From the NCBI GenBank assembly GCA_044892505.1, contig CM097882.1, positions 376,650,001-376,714,000 of the forward strand: a DNA stretch of 64,000 nt. Direction: 5' to 3'. Made by a program: the position numbers and the translations under genes. The DNA is from Schmidtea nova (taxonomy: Eukaryota). This document shows positions 24,701-35,909 of the stretch, in pieces (positions within the stretch are counted from its first letter, which is position 1; the number at the start of each line of letters is the position of its first letter). The notes under the pieces were generated by a model that saw nothing but the letters and a program-made list of their open reading frames with translations, was not told the DNA's origin and made no database searches.

Positions 24701-26440
24701 GAAATACTTTGGATATAACATGCTGCATAGGTAACATATGTGAATGTAATTAATGTTTTATGTTTTATGTAATTATAAGAGTTATGCAATTTTATATAAA
24801 TAAATATAAATACGACACTAAAATTAAAATATTCATTTGCGTTTTGTCTTCCGTATTGCACTTTAATAAAAATGTAATAGGATTCTAGACGTTAATTATT
24901 TTGAACAGACCTTGCGCTTGGAAAATCCACTACTCCTCATATAGCCAGGTATGAGATGAAGCGTTCTTGGATGTTTGCGCTCACTTCGATGAAAATATAG
25001 ATCATAACACTGAAAGAACTCCACCAAAAGCACTTCACCAAAGCGACTAATGACGGTACAACGACTAGGTAGACCATCATCAGACGTATGGAAATAGTTT
25101 TAATGAGAAAAAATATAAATTTGCATATGTTAGAAGATGGGCGAAATATTACACAATAGGGACAGATAGATATAGAATAAATATGTTGGGTTATTAGTGT
25201 TAAGTCGGTAGTTTCTGACTCCGGTGTTCTCTTTCAATTACAAAATAAACAAAACCCAACACAATAACTTTCTTTATTTTTCAAATGATCACAACTCTTT
25301 TTATCACAAAAAGTTACTCAGGTTCTGCACTCTTCGCGTGAGGGTAGAACACCCAATGGGATATCTCTCTCTCTGATACGCAAAAGATTAAGTGTAAATT
25401 CTACTTTTGATTTCCTTTCAACGTCTCCTTCAAATATCTTCTAACGGTTTGCTTCACTTTACGCCTAAATTTTATCTTCGATCAACTGGCTTCGAAAAAT
25501 TAACTTTGACCCAATGGCCATATCGGCAATTTGCGCTCTGTTTATATACTACTTTTTGTTGTCATCCTGTCAGCTTAATTGGATCTGGAGAAAATGAAAT
25601 AATTAAATTTGTTTGACCGCCGCCTAATTGAGTTTCGCCGCTAATGGTTTTTCGTCTCTTCCCGGGGCATTAAATTTATTTCGATTAAATGATTTAATTA
25701 AATGATTTTGTTGATGCCCCGGGTTTCCCACATCGCTCGGGTTTCCCATAAGCTCGGGTTTCCCATTGGCTCGGGTTTTCCATTAGACGATTAATTATTT
25801 TTTAATTAATTTGTATTTTCTTAATTTATCTTTCTGGGGGTCCTATTTCAATTTTATATACCCATATTTGAATTCGTCTCATCATTTGGCATCTTCCCAT
25901 ACCAGTTTCAAACTTTATTTTAATTTTTTGTAAATTTTTAATTAATGTTTGAACATCAATTATTATTTTTCCAATTTTTATTGATTTGTGCAATTTTAAA
26001 TTTATTTTCTGTGATTATAACAACCCCAACAAATATACATATCCAGAAATAAATATAATCTACAGAAAATGGATTGATTCGATAAACAACAATTGTGACA
26101 ATATTCATGATAATTATTATGATGACAATTTTGTGATTTATATTGATCATGACAATTATGACTATATTGATGATGACAATTTAATTTGATCGATTAATTA
26201 TATTTTATTGATTAAGTATAATTTTGGGGATTTTTATTTTTTTTGTGAACAATAAATTTTATTTTAATTGATATCAATTTGTGATAAATTGTTACAGGAA
26301 CGATTTTTGTAATTAATGAGTCAAATTTTTGTAATAGACAAAGTAATATAAAAAACAAAAACAAAAGAACAACCCTTATTATAATTATAATATAATTATA
26401 ATTATAATAATAATAATAATAATAATTATTATTATTATTA

Positions 26441-26580
26441 TTAACAAGTAAAGCTTGTGATTTTTTGTGATACCCAGTACAAATCCCCAATAGCAGACTA
26501 GTTTCGAGCTTTTGGCTCTCATCAGTGCTATTGGGGATTTGCACTGGGTATCACAAAAAATCACAAGCCTTACTTGTTAA
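26441..26580 (-). ncRNA. Minimal type I hammerhead ribozyme with 55-bp helix I (Penelope-like element type)
   Basis: The minus strand reads ...AATAGCA CTGATGA GAGC CAAAA GCTC GAAA CTAGTC TGCTATT..., with all core nucleotides present. Predicted GUC cleavage is between 26496 and 26495. Helix I arms are 26441-26495 and 26526-26580. Confidence 0.88.
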
Positions 26581-26602
26581 AAACAAATAAGTCATCCGAC
26601 AA

Positions 26603-26776
26603 NNNNNNNNNNNNNNNNNNNNNNNNNNNNNNNNNNNNNNNNNNNNNNNNNNNNNNNNNNNNNNNNNNNNNNNNNNNNNNNNNNNNNNNNNNNNNNNNNN
26701 NNNNNNNNNNNNNNNNNNNNNNNNNNNNNNNNNNNNNNNNNNNNNNNNNNNNNNNNNNNNNNNNNNNNNNNNNNNN
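26603..26776. other. Assembly gap
   Basis: N run. Confidence 0.99.
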
Positions 26777-26793
26777 AACAGTTAAAGCAAAAT

Positions 26794-26934
26794 GAGCACT
26801 TAGTGCTCAATAAACTAAATAGAAAGGCACTTAGTGCCAATATAGGTAAACAAAAAGGCACTTAGTGCCAAGTTCAAAAAAATAAAGCACTAAGTGCTTA
26901 TTATTAACAATATTTTAAAAGCACTAAAAAGTGC
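26794..26934. repeat. Array of five phased GCACT-N-AGTGC palindromes
   Basis: GCAC starts at 26796, 26827, 26858, 26887 and 26921, with unrelated A-rich spacers. Confidence 0.8.
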
Positions 26935-28059
26935 AAATTTTAATTTTTATAATTAATATATTATACAATTTTTATAATAAAATTAAATATAATTTATAAA
27001 TAATAAATAATAATTTTTATGATTTTAATGATTATAAATTTTTAAGCATTGATAAAAAAAATTTAACACAAATCATCTAATATCTAATAAATTCATATTC
27101 TACCCAAGATTTATAAAACATTTTACAAATTTATAAAATACATGATCCGACCAACTCAACATATAATAATAAAACAACACAGATTATTACTTTGATTGAA
27201 TTTTAAATTATATTCAAGTTTATATCAATAAATAATTAAAATTAAAATATGATAATTAAAACAAAAATTATATAATATTAATAAAAGACAGTTAAAGATA
27301 ATATATATGAAAATTAATATAACTTGTGATGTATAAGTACTAATTAAAGGTAGAGAACCAAACTTTTAACCTCGGGGATGCTGGGAAAAGGGAGGATACC
27401 AAAAATAGTAACTGCGTATTGTACTTTAAAAAAATAATGGAAATTTCGCTGAGTAAACGGCATAATGGGCAAATAAAATGTGTTGACATATAAATTAATG
27501 GGTGACATAGATTTTACTATATATACGGACTAATTTTTCAGCCAGAACACCCAAAAAATCAAAAGCTTTAAAGAAGAATTGCAAATTCAGTAGTTGATAT
27601 TGCAATATAATTTTGAACATACCTATTTACACATCCGAGCTCAGGAAGCTGCAAACATTTACACAAAAATTTCACTTTTGTAGAAAATTCCCAAAATTTT
27701 CGAGCAAATACTGATCACTTCCATTTTGATGGCGGTATATATAGTTGTTCAAACTGTTATTTCCATTGATGCATTAGAACAAATTGTTCTAGAAGGAATT
27801 TTCGATTCTTTCAAACTTAATTTTAATAATTTTACTCAAAATTGATTTAATATTTTTGCATAAAATTATAAATAAACTTTAAATAATCTATTTTTGATCT
27901 AAAATTTTATTTTTAAATCAAAGTTTTTCTAATTTAGTTTAATTTACCAAAATATTTAACCAAAACAATTTTCTTTCATATTTTTTGAATTTTTATGCTA
28001 AAAATCGAAATTCTCCTTCTAAAATTTGTTAATTTTTCCTAATTTGTTGTTTTATTGCA

Positions 28060-28200
28060 TAATTGGTGTTTTTATGTTATATATGTGTTTTCACGTGTAT
28101 ATTTAATGCGCTTGTGTTCATTTTAATTTTTAAACGTGTTTTAATTAATTATTTATGTGTTATGTTATTTATGTGTTTTACTTGGTGTTTTTCTCATTCA
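28060..28200. repeat. Dispersed ~140-bp repeat, also at 32205-32330 and inverted at 8290-8430
   Basis: Shared ttttatgttatatgtgtttt.acg.gtata.tt.atgcgctt.tgttcattt.aattttta.acgtgttt. Confidence 0.75.
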
Positions 28201-31200
28201 TATTTTAAGGAGTCTACATTGACTAGTAAAAATAAAATGAAATATATGCCTAAAGCGGCGTGCATAAAGTTCGATGTGAGTCTACAATGACTTAGATCAA
28301 AGTTTAATAAAGTTTATTTAAATTTTACTTTTTGGACCTGTGATGGATTTTATTTTGAGAAATGATGCCTATTTACCATGCTTGTTCTAAATACAAAGTT
28401 TTGTGTTGATATCTTAAGTCTTTCTATTTTAGTCTCACGACTTATTGGGCGCACCACGTATATTGAATTTATTTTCAATTATTATTTTCAGTGTTGAATT
28501 AAATATTTAATGAATTTTAATTAATTTAGTTTTTAATATTGATATTACTTTTTCACTAAAATTAATGGACACAATGTATTTTAACTGCTGGATACATTTT
28601 AAATAAAAACTGTTAACTGTGGAATATAGTATTAATAACTATTCTGAGTCATGAATAAAATTGTAAAAGAACTTTAATTAATTTAAGATTATTTTTATTA
28701 AATCGCATTTTTATGTTACATTGGCTATAAAATGAGTTAATTATTAGAAATTTTAATTATTTCAATAAATATTTTATTTTAATAACCATTTTATTAATAT
28801 ATTTACATTATTTCTAAAAGCAAACTTATTTATTGAATCTAATTAGTAATTATTTTAGAAATTTAATTAAGTTTTAGTAATAAAATTTTTAAATTTTCGC
28901 ATTTCAAGGAAAACAATAAAAATTAAACAGATAGTTTTTAATAATAAATTTAAGTAATTTCTCTTTTTTTCCTAAAACTTTAAATTTAATTTTAGATAAT
29001 AATTTTCGTATTTCAGCGAAAACAAATAATTCAAACAAATAAGTTTAGTAATCATTTTAGATAATAAATAAATTTTTATTTTTTGTAATTAATTTATTTA
29101 AATTATAGCTTTAATTTTTGAATAATCGGATTTTAATGAAAAAAATTGATTTAAACAAATTAGTTTAGTAATTTTGTATAAATTTTGCAAAAGTTAATAA
29201 AGTAATTTGAAATAAAATATATTTTAATTATTTATTTATCAAATTTAAATAACATTTTATTATGATTTACATGATAATTACTATAAATTTTTATATTAAT
29301 TATCTAAAATTAATAAAATTCGAATTTCTAAGCTAATTTATGAAAATACACAATTTTATTGCTAATATGTGAGTGACTTTATTTTATGTTCCATTTGACT
29401 AAACGTATTGCTAATTTTTTGTTTTAGGCTGCAAATCTAAATAAACTTAATTTTATGATAATTTTATTCCAGTATTGCTAGTAAATATTGAAATAATATT
29501 TTCATTAACTAAAGTAAAATTGTGATATATTTAAAAGATATTAAACTAAAATGAAGATGAATAAATGAAATAAAAATATATATAAAATTTATTTTTTTTG
29601 ATTCGAAATTTTATGTTACAGTCCGGTCAATATTCAATATTAATACAATTTGAATGCTGTAAACTCTTTCTTAATAAATTTATTTATTTGTCGTTAATTT
29701 CTTGGATTCAAATTTTTATAATAAAGTTGCATGTGTATAAAATATATAGTGAACATAATGAAAATGTGTAAATTATCGATAAAGTTTGGTATAGATCAAT
29801 GCTAAAATATGAAGAATCATCAGTACTTGAAAGAAATTACGAAATTCAATAAGTTTTTATCAATTAATTAGGATAATAAAACAATTTATTTTTGCTTAAT
29901 TATCATTTTGATGAGATTTATTGCTACTTACTACAATGTCTTTAGAAGACAATGTAAAGTATTCAATATATTCTGGTAAAACTATAGTAATGAATTTGTA
30001 ATTTGTTTATGAATTTGTAATATAAAATTAATATCACAGGAGATTTTCATGTATTTTTTGCAGTTTTAACTAAATGTTAATCTATTATTACATTTTTGTC
30101 AGTAAATTATTTTAGAAATAATAATAAAGATTGGAAAACTATCTACTTTTAAATAATTATTTAACAAAGATTTCTTGTATTTAGAATAATTTATGAAAGA
30201 ATATTTATAATTTGGTATGAATTGATTATTTAATAAAGAAATTTAAGTAAAGAATTTATAAAATTTTATATTTTAACATAATTAATTCATAATAACAATT
30301 ACATGGTAATTTTAAAGTCAGAATATAGTAAAATGCATAGATTTTACGATTTCGACAAGGATAAATAATTAAATTAATGCATAAAGTATATAAAAATGTT
30401 TCATATTTTTATTTGAATATTTAGTAATAATTAGTTTTAAATAAAGGAGTATTTTAATTCATTTTAAGAGTGTAAGGATTTGAAATAGCACTTATAATAA
30501 TATCTGAAAATTAAGATCAATGGATACTTTAAATTATTCAGTTAATGATCTGTTATTGTCAGGAAAATGTGGTCAATAAAAATGAAAGAGAGAAACACTA
30601 AAAATAATGGAAATAAATTAATCAAATAATTTCAATTATCAGGACATAGAAATTTCGTTTTAAATTATTACCATACCCGTCTTTTATTGAATAATAATAT
30701 TAATAAGAAAAATAAAGATATAAATATTAATAATGATAAAGAAAGATAATAAATAGGAACAAAAATAAATTGAAATGATAATATAAATAAAGTAAACAAA
30801 AAATAAAATTAATACAAGTATTAATTACAATTTAAATAAATAATGAAATAAAATAATATTTAAATAAAAAGAAAATACCGAAATTAATATAAAAATAATA
30901 ACAGGAAATACTAAGAAAATAAATTAGGATGAAACAAAAATAATGTAATTGATAAAGTAATTAAATAAAATTAGTATATTACATTTAATAAAAGGAAACA
31001 GACAGACAAACAAATAAAATAATACTGTCTTAAAAAATAAAGTAAACAAAATAAATAAATATAAATTATCATTAAAAAATAAGAAATAAGATGTTGAGGT
31101 CTCAAATATTTCTATTTGAAACTCCAACCTACGGGGGTGTTCTCTTATATAAATAAATAAAACAAAGTTAATTCAATAAAAATTTATTTAATAATCAAAA

Positions 31201-31439
31201 TGTTTACCTTTAAAATTTACAAATTTATTATATCACTTTCAATTTCAATCAATAAAAGATTTAAACATATGAATGCTGTGTAATTTATTGTGTACGTGTT
31301 ATCTTATTCATGCAATTTTTTAAAGGGACCCCCACTCAGGATCTTCTAAAATATCTAAAAAGTAAAACAAAACACAAATTCAAAATGGCGCCAAAAACGC
31401 GTGATAACTCATACGGATCCAGACAGGACATATCTTCCT

Positions 31440-32100
31440 AATCAAAGGCATAGTCCATAATTAGCAATACTTTGAGTGGAAGATTAATTTTTAAACGGTA
31501 TTTTTTTCACTGTAGGACCGAAGACCTCATTGATCCACTCAACAAACAAGATGCGAGTGACCCAATTTTGCTGTTGGACCTCCACATAACGTTTAACTAA
31601 CTTTCCTGTACCTTGCATTTCTTGAAGGCTCGTGGATTCTCGGAATGATACACCAGCAAGTTTTAATTTTAAAATCCCCGCTTGCAATAGCACAACACAA
31701 GAGGGTAAGATGGTCTTTCATGGGCTTGTGACTTGTCATTGCATTCTCTTCTATAGTAATGTAAGTCCTCTTTGGCATCTTTTTTCAAAAAAGCCCTGTC
31801 TCATGACAATTAAAAACTTGCTGTGGTAGGTAACCATAGGAAATCATTAGTTTCGGAAATTCAATGGCAAACGCCTCAGTTGCCTTATTTTCCGAACTCG
31901 CAGCTTCTCCGTGTCGCACAACTCTATAGATACCACTTCTCTTCTTAAAGCTGTCAAACCAGCTTCTGCTCGCTTTGAAGCCTTCTTCGTATCTTATCGA
32001 CGTATCTGGAAGTTTGCTTATAAGGTCGGCGTACAAAATCTTTGCCTTCTCGCCGATTCAGTTTTTACTAATTTAGTTAAATTTGTTAAATTTTTATTCA
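31440..32100 (-). mobile_element. Tigger/pogo transposase fragment (pseudogene)
   Basis: FKASRSWFDSFKKRSG..VVRHGEAASS, QQVFNCHETGLF, MPKRTYIT, KPMKDHLTLL.CA.ASGDFKIK and WVTRILFVEWINEVFGP, with frameshifts. Confidence 0.92.
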
Positions 32101-32379
32101 TACCAATTTTCTTATATATTTTAAGAGTTTATAAGGTAAAAATATAAAAACATTTCCCGAAAATATGTAAATTTTACATTATTTGTAATTTTATTCTGCA
32201 GTTAATGTTTTTATGTTATATGTGTTTTAACGTGTATACTTGATGCGCTTTTGTTCATTTTAATTTTTAAACGTGTTTAATTTAATTTTTCCATGTGTTC
32301 TGTTATTAGTTCGTTTAATTGGTGTAATTTCGTTTAATAATTTCTGTAGTCAAACCATTATGGAAATTATTGTTATTAA

Positions 32380-32599
32380 CCCTTTCCTATCCTGTGTCTA
32401 TAAAAATATGACAAAAAAATTAACCATTCTATCCGCTGTCTGTAAAAAATGACATTATTTTTGAATAGTTTATTTCCAATGCACTGTCGATTATATCATG
32501 ACCAACTGTTTATAAAGCGAACATGAGAGCGAAATTTTTTTGAAATTTTATTAAAATTGGAACGGGCGGGACACATAAAATAAAGAAGATAGGAAAGGG
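32380..32599. mobile_element. piggyBac-type MITE (220 bp)
   Basis: TTAA on both sides and a perfect 12-bp TIR CCCTTTCCTATC. Confidence 0.85.
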
Positions 32600-33081
32600 T
32601 TAATATTTGTTAAAAAATATTTACACATTATATAGTGGAAAAAATAACTATTTAATATTTTAATTAGATAAACCAATATAACTTTCAGTTTAAATGCCAA
32701 ATGAAATGACATAAAACAAATGTTAGAATTACTATGGAACGGAGGAATGAAAATAAATTTGCATAAATATAGGTGGTCCACAATTAAATATTAAAGATAA
32801 AGAATTATGAATTTTAATAAAATATTTTTTTAGAAAACTGGAAACGGTATCGGTTTCCGGTAAATAGAACCGTGAAAACTCTACATATAATCTCATTTTA
32901 TCTTTATTGTCTGCTTTCTATCACTCTTGTAATTATTTTATTGTGGGAAATATAAATATAAAAAGAGAAACCAAATCGAGAGAGTATATTGTATAGAACA
33001 TCACCTATTATTTATATCAAAATATCGCGTATAGATCAATAAGAAACTCATTTCCATTTTCAAGAATAGAAGATATCAGTT

Positions 33082-33112
<31 letters not shown>

Positions 33113-33218
33113 CCGTCACTCAAAGCAAGTGAAAGAAGCATTGTTATTTAAATCTCAGTAGAAGTATTAATAGCAATAAAATTGTACATCAGGCACCTTT
33201 GAGAAATAATTAAACGAT

Positions 33219-33638
33219 TTAAGTAAATTTAACATAATTCAAGTCAGCAGGAACAAATTTTTGAATAGGAATAACATTGAATGCGGGAATTTCTGATGGG
33301 AATGGTACATATTGCTGACGATTATGGGAGAACCTTCCATAATTGATTGTCTGAGGCTGGCATGGCATAATCTGTGGATTACATTGAGGGAAGTTATTGG
33401 GTCTGATTAACAATGGCGGACTAAAACCGTTACACATTTGGAGATTTCTGAAATTCGAGTCTCCTTCAACAACCGGTCGGGGACAGAAATTGAAATTTTC
33501 ACTTTTTGCCTCTACTCCAGGAGAGAAATTATCATAAGTATGTTTCAATCCGTAGGGGCTATATTCACACTGTAAACTTGAATCAGAGCATTGATTACGT
33601 TGACAGAATGGCGAAGAGACCGGATTCCTTAAGTTCTG
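33219..33638 (-). CDS. Probable terminal coding exon of the SIK-family kinase
   Basis: Acceptor tttttatttctcag, then open frame QNLRNPVSSPF...LNYVKFT-stop (P/Q/N-rich). The phase is compatible with the 35530 donor. Confidence 0.6.
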   Translation of the reverse strand, partial: QNLRNPVSSPFCQRNQCSDSSLQCEYSPYGLKHTYDNFSPGVEAKSENFNFCPRPVVEGDSNFRNLQMCNGFSPPLLIRPNNFPQCNPQIMPCQPQTINYGRFSHNRQQYVPFPSEIPAFNVIPIQKFVPADLNYVKFT

Positions 33639-35529
33639 CTGAGAAATAAAAACTGTATAGATCTTGTGGTTAAAAGAAATATTTTAAATATAAAAGTAAT
33701 TAAAGGATTTTAGAAAAATTGTAGAAAGCTGTCACCATAATTATAGATATTTCTAACACTATTCCAAGGCACAATGGTCAGGTATTTAATTTCGGATACA
33801 TTTCCAGATCATTTAAATCCATTTTACACCAACAATGAAATATAACTAAGAAATTTCATAAATATGTTGGGATTGTACTAAGACAAACGTGAATAAAATT
33901 TGCTGGCTTATTGGGTTGTTGGTGAAATTGAAATTTACTAATTAATTCTCTGACCCCAAAGCGTGCTTTATCTGATCCACAATAACCCTTTATTGATTAC
34001 ACAATTTACAATGATACGACCAATTCAACATTAAAATAGGAATATATACAGAACTTATTACAACACTTCGTGAGGAACAGCTCGAATGTATAATACCTAG
34101 AATACAACAATCACTGAACACTGATTTAGATTCGATAATTAGCAATAGATTTCAGTTGTTTTCGAACTTTGACTTGCTAATTTATTCAATATACTTTGAC
34201 TCTTATAATTCTCGTTTTCTTCGTTCTCTATATCTTCTCAATACAAATTTTCCAATTATATAACTTATCCAATGTAAATTATGTAATTAATTCAAACTTT
34301 TAATTTTTCTCCCGATCTAAACCTCTCAATAAATCTTCTGATTCAACTACTGTGGCTTTCCATTTTATATCTCGTCCTTTTTGGCTATCGAGATAAATTT
34401 TGTTATTCCCGTTTGTAGCTCCAGAATACCTCATATTTCTCTCCTAGCTTCCACATTATCTATGAAAACTGTCAATATATGCAATGTTTCCTTTTTTTAT
34501 TTCGACTTTTTCTCCTGCAGTCCTAATATCTTTGAAAAGCTGCCAAGATATAATTTTTCTTGCTTTTGTTTTTCGATTTCGGAATTCCTTTTCGATTTTT
34601 GTACTTCTTAATTAGGAATGGCCTTTTCTGACTAATTGTTCGATTTCTCTTATTTCGCTGCCATCTCATTTCTCAATTTTTGCGTTTCCTTCACCCTTCT
34701 CCAAATTTCAGAACACTACATCATTTACTCTATCCATTTCCCCCCAATCATTTTATTTATTTGTGATAATATCCAATTTATTATTTAGGTATCCACAACC
34801 AATTCGAGTGTGAATTAAATTAATTCCAAAATCTCCAAAATAGAAAAATCAATATTTCCAAAGGAAATAGCATTAACATGTGGCAAATGGAAGATAGAAC
34901 CGATAAAAATAATTTCTACTTGGATAGATGGCTGAAAAACAGCGGTCATCGACCTTTTTATTGTTGTGTCACTATTTAAAATATTAATAGTTTGGATACC
35001 CGACAGAAAATAACTTGTCGGAAAAAGACTTTTTTTAGCAAATTTAGTTGATTTAGTAATAATTTGTTTACGTCTTTTGTATATTTCAACAATTATGTTA
35101 AATCTTTTTTTCTCTTGTACTCGCGAGAAGAACACATGCCTCTGATTGAGAACCTCAACTATAGTGTATATTATCATAATTATCTTTTGGTTTCACCTTT
35201 GATATTTTTTTATTTATATCAATAATTTCCATAATGGTATGACTATAGATTAAAATATTTTTGGTTTTTAAGTACACGATATTGAAGCTGTGCAAATGTT
35301 TGACTTTTGATGTTCAGAGAAATGCAATTAAGTTTTTGTGATCAAATTACATTATTATTTTCTAAAGTTTATTGATGAGGCTTATTCATTTATTTATTGG
35401 GAATATAAGGAGTCAAATTTAAAATAGTACGACTGACAATTCAAATAAACCCCAAAAATATAAATAACACGCATAAGAAAAATGAGCTGCAAATATTAAC
35501 AATGAATAAAACAAAATCTGTTTACTAAC

Positions 35530-35909
35530 CTGAGAAGTATCACTATTAATTTCATTATATGAACTATTGTTTATACTGGACGGCGCATGTATGGACTGTG
35601 CTGCCATCATAATTGGTCTAGTTGGGGATACTGATTGTGGGTGGATACCGTGTGATGCAGGTTTATGTTGTTGATAATTTCCATCTGTTTATTATAAAAA
35701 AGAATGTAGGGAAAATGATAAAGAAGTAATATATTTTTGTTCTTACCACAGGAAAAAAGTGAAGAAATCGGACGAACTGGATATAAATTGGAATATGGAT
35801 TACAATTATCTGGAAGTTGAGTGGTTTGATCATTATTTAATTTTACTCCTTTAGATATATGAGGATCTTTCAATGTTCTGCATGGATCTAATACTATACA
35901 TGTTTGAGG
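35530..35909 (-). CDS. Two SIK C-terminal-region exons (35747-35909 and 35530-35684) with a 62-nt intron
   Basis: GT-AG boundaries give a continuous frame PQTCIVLDP...LFSC|DGNYQQ...SDTSQ, joining ORF-track entries 35607-35924 and 35419-35610. Confidence 0.7.

Noticed and set aside
25070-25090. Other CTGA(T/C)GA hits (minus 25077-25083; also near 45594, 59177 and 61744)
   Set aside because: None has a helix II followed by GAAA and a closing UH.
25986-26544. N/D/Y/I-rich ORFs
   Set aside because: They derive from low-complexity trinucleotide-rich DNA.
26794-26934. Palindrome-spacer pattern as a mini-CRISPR
   Set aside because: Repeats are only 11-15 bp and spacers under 25 bp, with no leader or cas genes, in an intron-containing genome.
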